Positions 24,716 through 39,011 of a stretch of DNA of 64,000 bases are shown here, piece by piece. A program made the translations under genes and the position numbers. The notes beneath the pieces are model-generated. The model did no database searches. It saw only the letters and a program-made list of their open reading frames with translations, and was not told where the DNA came from. Within the stretch, counting starts at the first letter, position 1. Each line of letters starts with the position of its first letter. Source of the DNA: Zootoca vivipara. Lineage: Eukaryota. The stretch lies in NCBI RefSeq assembly GCF_963506605.1, contig NC_083284.1:39866001-39930000 (forward strand). The letters run 5' to 3'.

Positions 24716-26978
24716 GTAAGGAACTGCATTACTTCCTAATTTGCTATATACTTGAAATTCAACTTTGCATTATCAACTATATATTAGATCATGCAGTCTA
24801 TTGAATTTGATTATCATTGTCTCTTTTCTAAACTATTTAAACTTCTGGCAGGTAAGTACTAGAGTAGATTTGAGTAAGAGCATTAAATCAGATTCTTTTT
24901 CTATTCTTAACTCCTATTTGTTTTTGTTTTCTTGTTTGCGCATAGCAGGGCACCTTAAAATTATTTCAGTGTCATAATTTCAACAAGGGGTTGATAATGT
25001 ACCTGACTATTCATGAGGACCCTTGGAGCCCTTGAAGACAGATAAAATCAGGGCTCAACTGTTTATAAAAGTTCACCACTGTAAAGGGAGGAGTGGAGAT
25101 GTCATCTAACTTTGTATGCTTACTTGCTTCAGTTTTTGGAGGAAAGCTCGGAACATGAACTGAATGTTTCTGTTTCTGACATTAGGGTATACTTGGAAAC
25201 CAAACGCTGTAATTTTGGCTGGTTGGTCAGTGTTTGCTGGCCAATATCGTTGTGTTCCATTTGCAGTACTACCATTAGTAGACCTCTGTTTCCTGACCAA
25301 ATATATCATTTTGGCTAAATATGTGGACTGTAACAGCTATAGCTATTCTTGTTAACATATAAGTAGTGTTGATTGCTGTCAGAATTGGAGTACAATGAAC
25401 TTCTATACAAAAAGGGGCCGAGACACTTTTTTTCTCTTATTTGACAAGTAGCTGCGTTGGGCAAAGGCAAACCTCCCAAAAGATTGTTTCATGTGTAATA
25501 GCCCAGTGATTAAAAGTGCTAGTTTGAAGCAGTAGGACAACTCTATAATGAGTCACTATCTCACTATCTGACTGGTTAATAGTTCTTTTTGCACCATGTT
25601 AAGCAGCAATCTGGTACCTACCACATTGAAAGTACATATATATACTTCTAAGACAGTTCCATATTTATACCTGTTGTGTTGGCTCCTTACAGGGAAATGA
25701 GTGGCAGAAGCTGTGTGCAAGCTGTGACTGATGTGCGTGGGTTGAAAGGAGGGGAAGGTGGAGACTTCATCCTATGGACTGAATGTGGTTCTGTAATATT
25801 TGTCAGATAGTCAGTTTACTTGAAATACTGCAGGTTTCCCCTTTGCATCATTTTCATAAATTTGCTAAGGATAGCAATTTGAGGGTCAATAATTCTTAGG
25901 TTGATTGTCTTTGAATTCTGCCTTAATGACTTCATTAGCTATAGACACCCTAAGGGGAAGGAGGTTTGGCAGCCATTCAGATGTTAAGATAAATTGATAT
26001 CTTTGCTCTCTTCACAAAAAAAAGAAAGCTGTGCTGTCAATGTGCAGTGATAAGTGTCTGTAAGATGTCAGAAACTCTTTTGACAGTTAGTAGCACTACC
26101 TGTTATTCTAGCCTAGTCTATGTTTGCACAGATTGCACCTTTTTAAATGTAACAACAATATCCACTCTTGTATAGATCTCTACACATTTTGAGTAGCAGA
26201 ATATTCTGAAATGTCACCCCCACATCTGGGGTAAATAGTTTAGCAATGAAGCAATCTGTGGCAGTGATGGAAGGTCCTACTGGGATCCGCATGCTTCTGT
26301 TTGCGCACTAGTGGTTCCTTAAGTGCCTCATATAGTATTTATTCACTGTGGTGAACAGCAAATTCTGGTAAGCTCCCCTTGGTTTTGAGCCACATGCAGA
26401 CAAAAGTCAGAGGAATTTATGGCACCCAAATTAGGGTGTGTGTCATTTTCTCATGGAAATCAGTCTTCTTGATTTTGTCTGTTTGTAACCATGAAGCACT
26501 ATTTATATCTGTGGATTAGTTTTGGACATAGCAGTCCCCTCTTCCTTCTCTTCCATACACAAAAGACAAATATCTAAAATTTCTTCTGCTTTAGACCATG
26601 CATGGAGAATCTCCAGCCTGTGGGCATAGTTTGACCTGGCATGGATCCCAGTTTGGCTGTTTCCCCCAAAATACACCCTCCTGCACCACACCTGACATCA
26701 TGTGAGGTTGGTAGAAATGTAGCAGCCAAGGAACAATTGGGAACCTTAAAGTCCTTTCGGTGATTCCTTGGCAAGGAATGTTCGCTGTTGATGCCAATCA
26801 TTTGATCAGCAGTAACAGCATACAGAAAGCTAGATTTCAGGGGACAGGATTTTAGCCTTCTCCCGGCTTTCCTCAGTGACATACCTGCTGTTTGAGATTC
26901 AAAGCTAATGATTCAAAGTTGTGGCTAAGAAGAAGCCTTTAAATATTTGATACTGAAAGATAGAGGAATATAGGAATA

Positions 26979-27256
26979 CAGTGGTACCTCGGTTTATGAA
27001 CACAATTGGTTCCGGAAGTCTGTTCATCAACTGAAGTGTTCATAAACTGAAGCGAACTTTCCTATTGAAAGTAATGGAAAGTGGATTAATCTGTTCCAGA
27101 CAGTCCGCGAAGTACTTAAACTGAAGCGTTCATAAACTGAAGCGAACTTTCCCATTGAATGTAATGGAAAATGGATTAATCCGTTCCAGATGGGTCCGTG
27201 GCGTTCGTAAACCGAAAATTCGTAAACCGAGGTGTTCATAAATCGAGGTTCCACTG
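26979..27256. mobile_element. Tc1/mariner-type MITE
   Basis: TIRs cagtggtacctcggtttatgaac / gttcataaatcgaggttccactg. TA TSD. Internal duplication of about 90 bp. Confidence 0.88.
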
Positions 27257-27638
27257 TATAAATAATTGCCTGAAAATAATTTTGCAGGCCTCTGGATTGC
27301 AGTGAAATCCACTTCTTCATGGGAAGATTTGAGGGAACATAATTGTTTTGCAATATCCTGTTTTTGAACTGTGTTGATCTTAGAAGGGTGTGTGGGAGCC
27401 ATGGGACCTATAATTTTCTCCCTTAAGTTGCTGAGTTCTATACCATATACTCCTTTAAAGCACCTGTGTCTCCAATAAATAAATGTAAAGTGTTAAAACT
27501 TCAGGACAAGGAAACTTCCAGAAGATCTGTCATCTTAAATAACTATATGTGGCATGGCTCACAGATTTGAGGTTACTAGTTTGAGGTTACTGCATTAAGT
27601 TAAAAAATGCATTTAAAAGCCTTTACCGTCTTCTAATG

Positions 27639-27992
27639 ATGCGGGTGGCACTGTGGGTTAAACCACAGAGTCTAGGGCTTGCCGATCACAAGGTCAGCAG
27701 TTCGAAGCCCCACGACAGGGTGAGCTCCTGTTGCTCGGTCCCAGCTCCTGCCCACCTAGCAGTTCGAAAGCATGTCAAAGTGCAAGTAGATAAATAGGTA
27801 CTGCTCCGGCGGGAAGGTAAACAGCGTTTCCGTGCGCTGCTCTGGTTCGCCAGAAGTGGCTTAGTCATGCTGGCCACATGACCCAGAAGCTGTACGTCGG
27901 CTCCCTCAGCCAATAAAGCAAGATGAGCGCCACGACCCCAGAGTCGTCCACGACTGGACCCAATGGTCAGGGGTCCCTTTACCTTTTACCTT
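27639..27992 (+). mobile_element. Sauria SINE
   Basis: Same consensus as 265-621. TSD taatgatg. Confidence 0.92.
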
Positions 27993-28405
27993 TAATGATG
28001 GCATTAGTAAAAGATAAAGCTACAGTTATAGTAACATTCATAAAAATGTGCTCTGTTCCATACATTCTCAACAGTTTTGAATATTTTGAACACGAGCTAC
28101 CGGTAGTTTTATAGATGTGTGTTTAGCATTCAAATAGTAAATGAAAAAAGCATACATTTTTCCTTGTTGCCACTTCCCTTTTTATAGAAAGTATTCAGAT
28201 ATGATGGCTTGTATCCTATGCTTACGCTACAGAACTTACAGTTTTGCTCCTTCCCTGCACCCCCCCCAATCAGTTCTGGGGGGGCCTCCAACGTTTTGAA
28301 TATGATTTTGGGAGCGCTCAGAAGGCTGGAGGGGACAGTATAGGAAATTTTACTGTCTACCTACTCACATTTTCAGGTACACTTCTAGGAGGACTGTATC
28401 ATGTA

Positions 28406-28765
28406 AAAAGGTAAAGGACCCCTGACAGTTAAGCCCAGTCGTGACCGACTCTGGGGTTGCAGCGCTCATCTCTCTTTACTGGCCGAGGAAGCCAACGTTT
28501 GTTCACAGTTTCTCCGGGTCATGTGACCAGCATGACTAAGCCGCTTCTGGCAAAACCAGAGCAGCGCACGGAAACGCTGTTTACCTTCCCGCCAGAGCGG
28601 TACCTATTTATCTACTTACACTTTGACGTGCTCTCAAACTGCTGGGTTGGTAGGAGCTGGGACCAAGCAACGGGAGCTCACCCCGTGGCGGGGATTTGAA
28701 CTGCCGATCTTCCGATCGGCAAGCCCAAGGCTCAGTGGTTTACACCACAGCACCACCCGCATCCC
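28406..28765 (-). mobile_element. Sauria SINE
   Basis: Reverse complement of the consensus. TSD tatcatgta / tatcacgta. Confidence 0.92.
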
Positions 28766-29814
28766 TTATCACGTACATTTTCTGAATTTGTATTCAGCCT
28801 GAAGTGTATGGGTTGAATGCAGATTTTCCCCTCCGTTAATGGAAGGGCTCCTTCTTTTATGGAGGCAACTGATATCCAGTGAAGGTTTCCTGCTGGAGGA
28901 GCAGAGTGGATAGACAATTTTGTCAATTTCTTCTGAACCACTTCCCACATTATTCTGCAAAGAGTCCCTGCCCCATTCCCCAGTCTTTCAGAGCAGCTTT
29001 TCAGGGACTGCAAGAGGAAGGAATTGGAATTGGTGGAATTGGCATAAGCAAAAGTCTGTTGAGCAAATGTCTAGATCCAATGTCTAGAAGTTTTGGTGGA
29101 AGGAAATAGGCCTATGAAAGCATTGGGGACTGGAGGTTAAGACAGTATGTTCAAAGAGAAGCAGAAATATTGGAGCAAGTTGAATTGGTACAGATTGGTA
29201 ATACGGTAGTACCCTTCATATTTCATTGTCATTCAGCCAATTTTATGGAGACACCAGTTATTTGGCTGCCTGAATGTGACTCTCTCAAGTCCCTCTGGGC
29301 TTTGGGGGGTTTTATGCTTTCTTTTACTTCAGTGTTGCTCTGTTGGTATGTATGAGTACTGTATTGCCAAGACTATTATGGGCTGACATTAAAAGTATTG
29401 TGAATTATAAGCAAATACATAACTCAAAGCACTTGATTTTAAAATTCTGTTCAGTCAGTAAAATACAGCAATGTCTAGGTGTGCTGTCTGAGTATTGTAA
29501 TCAGATGTTATTTTATTTTAAGTGTGTCCATCCCACATAGTTCACCCACGAAGTCTGATTTCCCAGCCTTTAGTTGTAAACACCCAAAAGCCTGAATAGT
29601 AAAAGAAGTGAACAATGAACAAATAGTTGCCATACAGCACTGATGCCTTTTTTCACATTAGCTTTTATTTTGATGTGTTGCAAGATTGCCACTCTATATT
29701 TTTGCTTATTAAAGGGAAAGAATATCAACTGAGATCATATTTGTTTGCCTTGTAACAAAATTTGCTACAGGGAGTCCAAATGGTAACTGCTACAGTTAAC
29801 TGATGTAGCATATT

Positions 29815-29945
29815 TCCGGATGTTCTGGAGGGATAGTCATGTTTATCTGTTGTAGCAAAACTAAAGGGGAAAAAAAAAGACTTGTAACACTTCAAAAACT
29901 AACAAATTTATTATGGCATAAGTTGTGGATCAGATTCATGGAAGT
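29815..29945. mobile_element. Possible Penelope-like terminal repeat remnant
   Basis: gatagtcatgtttatctg...actaacaaatttattatggcataag resembles reptile Penelope termini as I recall them. Heavily diverged. Confidence 0.45.
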
Positions 29946-29971
29946 TTTTTTCCTAAGCTAGAAGGGGTGTG

Positions 29972-29973
<2 letters not shown>

Positions 29974-30040
<67 letters not shown>
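29974..30040. repeat. (GA)n microsatellite
   Basis: About 33 uninterrupted GA units. Confidence 0.97.
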
Positions 30041-30045
<5 letters not shown>

Positions 30046-30856
30046 GAGGAAACAAAAGTCAATTTTGTGGAGGTGAAATAATAACAGAAAAGGATGATAG
30101 TACTTCTAAATTTTAAGAATAGCTACTGATCAAAATTGAGAATGTATGTGAAAAGATAAAGCAGACGCCTCTCTTATAGGAGTCCACAACTTTTACTAGC
30201 CTCCTTCACAGGTTTCCATCCATTCAGTCATCTGCAGCATTTCTTCTGCTCTTCTGGACATATCTGAAAGAAATTCATTCTTACTGTTTTCACCTGAATG
30301 GTGTCCATTGTTCCTCCTGGACACTTAGATTGGAATATTGGCTGAATTCCAGCCAATTGTTTTCCAGCAATGTCCTGTGAAGAAAGTGGCAGTCCATTCC
30401 CCCTTTTTGTTATTTATAATTAAAAACCTCTCATCTATATGTAGCATCATTTGAATTATATGATCTGTGCTGTTGCCATTTTGAAGAATGTCTGCAGATG
30501 TAGAATGTTTGACCTACCTCCTGAAGACTGTAGCTTGTTGGAAGATACTTGACCTAATCCAGGGTGTGCCATGGCTTGAAATGATGGCTTAAGAATTTAG
30601 GATTTTTTAAACTCCGAAGCTTTAAAACTCTTGGCCTCCATACACTGCACTCTTGGCCTCCATACACTGCACTCGTTTCCCCTCTCATATCAACAGCTAC
30701 CGTACTAATTCCACATCTGCCCAGCTTTTTAACTGTGAAGAATGCTGGAAAACTATTTGTTTTTTCTTAAAACTGGAACACCTTGGGGTTAACCTCTGAT
30801 CTTCTTCAATATTCAGTTACATGCCTTTTCATCTTTAACTTTATCCTTGTCCACAG

Positions 30857-31015
30857 GTGAAAGTATTGCACAATCAGCTTGTTCTGTTCCACAATGCCAT
30901 TGCAGCATACTTTGCGGGGAATCAAAAACAGCTTGAACAGACTCTTAAACTATTCCATATCAAATTGAAAACGCCTGGAGTAGATTCTCCATCCTGGCTT
31001 GAAGATCAGCAATAG
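30857..31015 (+). CDS. ARFIP1: ARFIP1 last coding exon ([52 protein letters not shown])
   Basis: Acceptor ccacag, TAG at 31013-31015. Exons from 7101 sum to 1125 nt, i.e. 374 aa plus stop. Confidence 0.97.
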   Translation: MKVLHNQLVLFHNAIAAYFAGNQKQLEQTLKLFHIKLKTPGVDSPSWLEDQQ

Positions 31016-33990
31016 GACCACAGCATGAAGATCCCTTGATCAACCAAGAATATTGTACATCTAAAGAGAATCAATGAATTTGTATAAGGAGGACTGTTTG
31101 TAATGATACTTGCACAAGCAGCTTTATTTTCCCCCTTGATAATGAAAACTATAATAGTTTGGGAGGGTGGATGGATGTAACCAAATGTAACTTGCCATTT
31201 CAGAAACAGATCTTTTTTGTATTTGAGGGTGGATGGTTTTCTGTAGTAGGGAAATATAGATTTGCACTGACAAAGATGTTCGTGATCTCCGGTAATTGTG
31301 GTGGCTAGATGAGAATTTTTTCAAAGGGAGATGCTCATAGTTTGTATCAACATCTGATATTTTATATAAATGTATTAAACCTATCTAAAGATTCTTTTTT
31401 CATGTAAATGTGTTAAAAGAATAAATATTTTACAGAGTAATAATATAAGGAAGGCCTTCAAGCAACATCCACAAAATATCAGTGGCTGGCTGATACGTGG
31501 AATTGCAGCAAATAGCTTTTTTAAAAAAAATGTTGGATCATTCAATTTTGTGGTTCAGGAACACTAAATATAGAATTGCCATCTTGGTCTGAAGCTTTGA
31601 AAACACATTTTAGCATTGTAAAGATGACCTGCTGGAGAAGCAGACCTTAGCCCTACTTCTTTAATATTTAAATGTCTATTAAAAATACCTTTACTTGCCT
31701 TAAATTCAGAAGTGCCTTTTGCGACACACTTTGTACCCAGTGTACATAATCTGTAAGAAGCCCTCTTTGGATTGATGACTTTTTAAAGAGACAGTCTGAG
31801 GCCAGTCTGGGTTGTGTGTGCTTCTGTTGAATGGCAGACCATGTCACATGACTAAAATGACTGTTTCTTTTCTCAATAGTGTAACCTTTATTAAACATAC
31901 ATTTCTGTTCTCTTATAGCCTTTTAAAATTCACTGTTATGGAGCATCCTCAGTTGCACATTATCCACTGCTTTTTGTGTTTATATAAATGAAGTACTTAA
32001 AATAACTCAACACAGTTTATATGGATTGTATAATTATGTATTATATGTTGAAATGATTCAGTTGCTACTTAAAATGGTTAAGTTTAAGTCTTAATGTAAT
32101 GTGTGTATCAAGTACATTTTAAATCATTCCTTAATACATTCTTGTCTGTTCAATGACTTTTTGCAGTTGGATTTTTTTCTCTGGCAATAACTTCACCAAG
32201 TTACCATTCCTCAGAATGTGCCTCCATTGTTAACTTTGTTTTCATACTAAAGGTGTTTGCTGCAGTCTGTTTCCTTTATTTCATGGGCTTTGTGGATTAA
32301 CATTTGCACAAACCTTCTTTTTCTTCCTGCTAGCCATGAGGATGCTTTTATTAGCCATAGCCCTACAAACAAGATATGATTAGCTGCCTTTCTGACTGGA
32401 ACTTTTTTCCTCCAATGGCTTTTTTCCTCCACTGCTAGGAAGGGAAGCAAATATTCTTGAGGAAGCAGGGCTGCAGCAGTAATGTACCGGTACTCTTCTT
32501 TGTTCACTTGTACCCCTTTGTTCACTTTCCTCCAAACAGCATGTTCTGTTGTTTTGTCCTGTGTGGATTTACAGCGGGAACGTTGGAGATGGGATAAAAA
32601 CTTATCGGGGTAGACAAGGTGAGCCTGTGGTACCAAAAAAAACCCCTCTGAATACAAGTGGTATTCATATGTTTCCATGTATTGTAATGTTTTTAAATGT
32701 TGACAGCTAAGTTAACAATCATCCTGGCTTTTGTACTAGTTGGCTGGAAATTTGCTTGACATATAAACAAAAACTTTCTAAACTGTCTCTTCCCTGCTCA
32801 CATCTTCATGGCCACAGCTCTGGTAATGTGAAATGGCTAACTCTCAAGATGACAATATAGCAAAACTTGTGTGTCAACTGGGTAGATTTAGTTGTCTCCC
32901 CCTAATTCTTGAGTCTTTCCTATGAAAATTCTTTCTTTTTTTAAAGTACCTGGCCCCAGTTATCATTTTATACTTTCCTCCAGCCCCAGTGCTGTGCTGT
33001 GGGAATCTTTCATAAGTTTCAACTTTGCACGTGACATCTCCATGCAGTAAAACTGCTAGAGTTTTCAAACTTCCTCCTTTAAAATTTATCTGGCATTTTC
33101 ACAAAGCAACTATTGGCCAAGTGTACATCTTTTGTGCCTCAGTTTGATAATAACTGACTTCACATAAACCCAGAGTTCCTAGAGTTCTGGTTTTACTTGT
33201 CACTGTTGTTTTCCTTCTCTATTTGCATTTCTCATTTCTTATGGCACTGTGTGACATGGTGAATTTCTGTATATCAGTTTGAGAAATTGTCTGGACCTGT
33301 ATTTTGAGGTACAGGTCATGAAATATTTATCAAAGAATTTCAAATTCTGCACTGAAGAATTTGAAATCATCACACAAGGAAAACCTTTAAATATACATTA
33401 CAACAGTCTTTTGCAAAATAATCAACATACACAAATAGGTGTAACTTGAACGGGGTACTTTGTATTATGCAATCTTTTCTTTTCTTTTTTACAGTGGTGC
33501 AGGTTGTCATACTGCCATAGGGTGTCAGTAGCATAGATCAGTAGTAACTGAAATAGAAATCAGGATCACTTTTGTCTCAGGTAGTTGGACTAGATGACCC
33601 TGGGAGTCCCTTCTTACTCTTTAGTTCTAAGACACTATGAACAGTAAGGCACAATGCAATCCCACTATAAATGCACTAAATTCCACCACTTTTCTAGCTT
33701 CAGTGGTTCTATGAAGAGTGCACTAGTAAACATTGCAGTGTCTAAGCTCTTAGTTGTAAGGATAGTTCTTTATAACTAGATCAAAGACACTGGGACTATA
33801 TCAAACCCAGCTTGATGTGGATGCAATAAAATGGAACATTTCAAAGGATGCTTAGTGCTTTGATATTTTTTTTAGTAAGGTTTGTAAGATATCTTAGAAA
33901 GCTGGGATCAGGGAAGTTGGTGTTTTTGGAGGGGAGGAATTTTTTTGAACTTTGTTAGGAGCATTGGCTTCTCCACTGAAAGGAAATAAA
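31016..33990 (+). other. ARFIP1: Probable ARFIP1 3' UTR with candidate poly(A) signals
   Basis: AT-rich, repeat-poor sequence after the stop. AATAAA at 31420, 33825 and 33985. The true 3' end is not determinable from sequence. Confidence 0.5.
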
Positions 33991-34088
33991 CACAGATAAA
34001 TGAACCCAAAGTGGCCTACTGTGGAGGTCCCTGTTCTACCCACTGAAAGCATGGACAGGAGAAGCTACTACCAGTGGTAGTCAATGTA

Positions 34089-34659
34089 CCATATTTCACT
34101 GCATAATAGTCGCACCCCCCCCCCCCTTTTAGGACCCTAAAAGCCATCCCCAGGGCATTCCTCACACAATAGTCACAGGGTTGAAAATGCCTTGCCGGTG
34201 GGACATTAGTTTTGCCCAACAACATTTGCCCACTTTTGTAAATGAAATTGTTATTAGCACAGCTGTTTCCCAGCCTCTTCCTGTACCTACCTGTGGAACT
34301 TGCTTTTTAGCGGCACACAGAGGATGGAGAATGAGGCAGCCTCATATGAGGAGTGAAGGCGGCAGCTGAGGAGGCCTCACCCGAGAGGAGTATGGAGATG
34401 GAGGAGAAATGTGGTGGCAAGGTCCTGGCCAGAGGCATGCGGCTTGGGCCCGTGGGTGTGCCCAGCAACTGTAAACTGCCTGCTATTTGCAGTGGGCCTA
34501 CTTCTCCGTGGGGGGGCTTGCAGGGCGGGGTTAAGAGACCTAGGCTAAGCTATGCATTTACTGTATTTCAACGCGTAATGGTTGCCACCGCATAAATTGC
34601 ACCCCTCTTTTTTGAAAAGAAAAATCGGCGTTAAAAATGTGACATGCGGTGAAATGCAA
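34089..34659. mobile_element. Tigger/pogo-like non-autonomous DNA transposon
   Basis: TA-flanked imperfect TIRs ccatatttcactgcat / atgcggtgaaatgcaa. Internal cgcacccc motifs and a GC-rich core. Confidence 0.65.
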
Positions 34660-36879
34660 TAACCCTGGAATGAAGGATTATGGAACTGATCTAGCCAAGG
34701 AGCCACTGGACCCTAAGGTACTCTTATCTATTGACAACTCTTGTGAGGAGTCTGAGCCACACCTGTTTGCTGCGTTTGCTGCGCCAGCCTGGAGCTGGTG
34801 CAACAAATGTATACTTTTTGCGCCCCACTCTGGCTGCCACAAACGGTGGAACACCAGATGCCATGCCGCAGTGACTCCATCACTCACTACTTCCCTCCAG
34901 GAGTTCAGATTGTGCTCTTTATCTCATTGTTAAGGAAATAGTGAAGGATTTCACAACCACTCATTATACACTAGGAGTGTCCCATGTACCAAATGCAGGA
35001 GTTAAATACAAAATTCCTCACATGAATCTTGAAATAGGTTACTGACATGCTCTCTGTTGTTGCATAGATAGGCACATTTTGAGGTTCAGACAGAACATAT
35101 TATCCAGAACTAAGTAATTCATGACTTAGCTGGATTGGTATTACAGTTAAACCTGTGAACAATAAACTGTCCTTGGTAGAGTGGCATACTGTTACCATTT
35201 TTGTTGCAGCTACTGATGATGGTGGGAGTTTACCGTCTGCATAAATGATAAAGGGAGGCCTTCGCGTATATGTCATCCTCAAAGCTTGGCCCTCTAAAGA
35301 CAATGTCGTAAGTGTGCAGAAGGACAGAATGTTGCCTATGAAGAATTGTGCGCTGTGTGGGCGGCTGGCCACTGCTCATAACACAAACTCACAAACCCAA
35401 GTGGAAATTTTCCTCTGGGCTGTGAATATTCATAATGATTAGTAGAAATTACGTAATCGTTATTACCATCCCTGACACAATTCCAATATGTGAACAAATA
35501 GGTCTACTTTTTCTAATCTCGACTGTAAGCTTGTATTTTCTTAGAACGTGTATTACATTTTTGAGTGTGGCCTCTTGAGTGCTATATTACTGTGCAGACT
35601 CCTGAAAGCTGGTCTTCTGGATTATCCTTGGTCTGGATAATGAATGATATCAGTTGTGGGATTTAATTGTGAAATATACATTATCCACCAATGTTAAGTG
35701 CTTTAAAATTAAATTTTCATTTGATCACAATGGGAGAGATTAAAGCACTTAATTGATTTTAATGCAATAAGACATAAGTGTTTAGCTTTGGTTAGATTGT
35801 TTTGTTTAGGTTGTTTCTCAATATGTCAGAAACAATTTCCTCACATAAAGGGAACCCCCTTTTTTGCAGAAAGCATGACAGAGTAAATAAGGATGAACCC
35901 TCTCCCTGCTTTTGGGACAACAAGAATGCTTTGCTGTTGTAATACCATTTCTGCTTACAATGCATTGATTTTAGTTTCTATGGTGCGTCTCTGTGTAAGT
36001 GCACAAAATCCAGCAACCCTAGACACTAAACACTGGATTGGGAATGCTGCCCTGGAATCACACAGATAGCACAAGTTCATGCAATTAACAGCAGGGTCGA
36101 ATTGTGCTTTGACTTGGAGTGATTGCAGAGCATTGACATGAGTCTAGTAAAAATCAACAAAGGTGATGCCCCCTTAGCTGTAGTTGTTAATTATTAAGGA
36201 GACTTACTATAATGATAGTAACATTTTTTAAAACAAACCGCCAGTACAGAGCAGGGCTGTGTGAACCCTACAGAAGCACATTCTGGTTTAAAATAATTAA
36301 GAGTTACTTTTATATATAGGTGGTGATGCTTGTGTGAGAATCTGAACTCCTTTTAAAGAGTTTTTGCATAAGCCTGATGGCAAGCTGGCCCCTTCACCTT
36401 GAGCAGCCTCCGCCATCACTGCTTGTGTTTTTTCTTTCTTTCTGGTTTTCAAAATGCTGACTCCTCTCTTCTACTCACTATGTGCTGCTCCTGTGTGAAC
36501 TGTCTAAGCTTCTTCCCGTAGCATACCCTGGCCTCCCAGATACTCTGGGAATTTGTCAGAAATTATTAGGATTTAGTGACTTGGGGGAAGGGCATGCAGT
36601 AACGGGCTGGTTTTCTGAGAGATGGTGACTGGAGGAAACCAGAATACTTGCAAAAATTGAATTGTTCTCTTCATTCTCCTTCAGCACTAATGACCCTCTG
36701 TACTTGGTGTAAGCAGACATCCATGCACACTATATTAATGCATTCAAAGCAACAAAACTTCTAGTTCTGTCCTCGGAACTGTGTTTACACTTCTAGTTAG
36801 ATGGTTTTTAATTCTAAAAAGAGAGAGCACTGCAGAAAGGAAAGAAGCATTTACAGAACCATGTAATGTTCAGGACACA

Positions 36880-37085
36880 AGCGTGGTATAGACGTCGGGG
36901 TGCTTGGAGACACAGGTTCAAATGCCCACTCAGCCATGATTGACTCACTGGGTCAATCATTGTCTCTCAGCCCAACCTATCCCACAAGGTTGTGATGAGG
37001 CAAGGATAAAATGGGGAGATGGAAATCATGTGCACCATTTTACACCTCCTTGGCGGAAAGGCAGACTTTAAATGTAATAATAATA
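36880..37085 (+). mobile_element. MIR-like (CORE) SINE
   Basis: B box ggttcaaatgcc, core tctctcagcccaacctatcccacaaggttgtgatgagg, AAT tail. Related minus-strand fragments at about 4260-4345 and 5290-5385. Confidence 0.7.
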
Positions 37086-39011
37086 TTATTTAGGTACAAT
37101 ATTTTGATGTACAGGTAAAAAATCATGCATATCAACTTTTTCTACTATACATCAGTTTCCCTATAGTCCAATTTTCTACCGATGCACAATAAGCCTAATT
37201 AAAGATGGAATATAACTAATAATAATAACAGTATCCCAGACAAACTTAGAAAATATGTAAAAATAATATTAAAAATACATTAAGCTAAAACCAACATCAG
37301 GGGAAAAACACTTCTCAGAGTGCTCACAATCAGATTTTTCACATGCTCACAAGCACTCACAGACACCAATAAAAAGGTGCTTCATAAGCAATATTCAGAG
37401 CTGAAATAGAGAAAACGCCTAATGCGACTCTACAAGCAGGCAATCTCATAAGGAGGCTGTGACATTGGAGAAGACAGTCTTCAATAAAGCAGATACAGTC
37501 ACAACAAAAGATGTCGCAAAGAGGGCAGATGTGGATGTAAATGTGCATTGGGTATGAATACTCCCATTAACAAGCTACTTGTATCACCTAACACCCAAGA
37601 TTCTTCACAAGGCAGCAGTTGGTGATACACTACAATCCTATACATGCCTACTTGGAAGTAAGTCTCACTGAGTTCAAAGGGATTTGCTCCTAGGCAACCG
37701 AAAAAAGGCTCCCGAAATGGCTTGCAAACATTGCTCCTAAGACAGAGCCTGTCCTCAAGCTTGCAGTCTAAAACTTCTGTGCTATGATGGCTCATTCATC
37801 TTTTATGAACATATATGTTTCTGTGATCTGGTATACCTCCCAGTTCCAGGGAGGGTGAAGGCAAAAAGCTTGTCTTGCTGAAGCCATGGGGAGTACAGTA
37901 CAATATACAGTATTTTGTGTTATGGAATTTCCACATCTTCGGCCATATGTGAGGTAGTTTCAGGTACCTTGTAAAGACTTAGTCCAGGCTTTCTTTACCC
38001 CTGATTTATGTATCAGAATCCCAGTGAACTCCTATTTTATTTGCTGTTATGCTGCTGTACTATTGGCTTTTGGTTGTATTTTTCGCATTTTAACTATATT
38101 GTTCTTATATTGCACACCACTTAGAGGTTTTAAATATATAAAGTGGTTTATAAATGCTAGCTTGTCTTCTAAGACTGGCTTCCAGGATCTGGCCTTAGCC
38201 AAAGAAGGCTATCTGCACTTGAACTGGCAATAAAGTCTGCGTCTACAGAAAGGCTTATACCTCTCCTGCTGTTTCCTCTGCACAACACTTGAGTGTGTTT
38301 TGTGTTTATTTAGGGGGCCTCTCTGTAGTGGGGGCCAATGTGTTTTAAGGTATTTGCATATTATCAGTTCTTAAATACTTCCCAATCTGCAAACTGCCTT
38401 ATTAATGGTCTCGACAATTTGACAGCTTGTTCTGCAAATGTGAAACTGAGATGGAGCGACTGATTTGCATAAGGTGACCCGGTGTGGCTGGAGGACAGAG
38501 CTGTGGTTTTACATTACCCAGGTGTGTCTGATCCAAATGTGCACTGCCCATGGCAGCTATATTTATCTCAGCTTCTTCAAATACTGTAAAACATTTGAGT
38601 TTAAATCTTAAATGCTCCCAGGTCATAGGTGTGCTTTCTCCCGATAGATAAGAATCTTACCTTAGAGAGGGGGGGAAACATATAAACCATCAGTTATCTG
38701 ACTGCAGGCAAAATGGCACTGTGAGCAGGCTCAGGGGAATCCCAAGGTTTTAGAAGTACAAAAACAACAGCAACAAAAAATTAGGAGTGGAAAACCTGGA
38801 ACATGGAGCAACCTGATGTTTGGTGGCCATGGAACGCTGTTTCTGTATGGGAATGGGGAAACTGGAAAACTAAGGGAGATGGACTGTGCAGTATCTGTGA
38901 AGAAAGTATGGGTAGAATCCCGAACAGGAATTCTCCACTCTGCAAGGTTTTGTTGCAGGTCCCACTCATTTTCTGATTTTTTTGTATTCCCGTTTGGTAA
39001 TAAAAGCAAAA

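Noticed and set aside
29900-29945. Penelope-associated hammerhead ribozyme
   Set aside because: The catalytic core (CUGANGA...GAAA) is not intact on either strand here.
32247-32678. 143-aa minus-strand ORF
   Set aside because: Antisense to the probable ARFIP1 3' UTR, with no recognisable homology or supporting gene structure.
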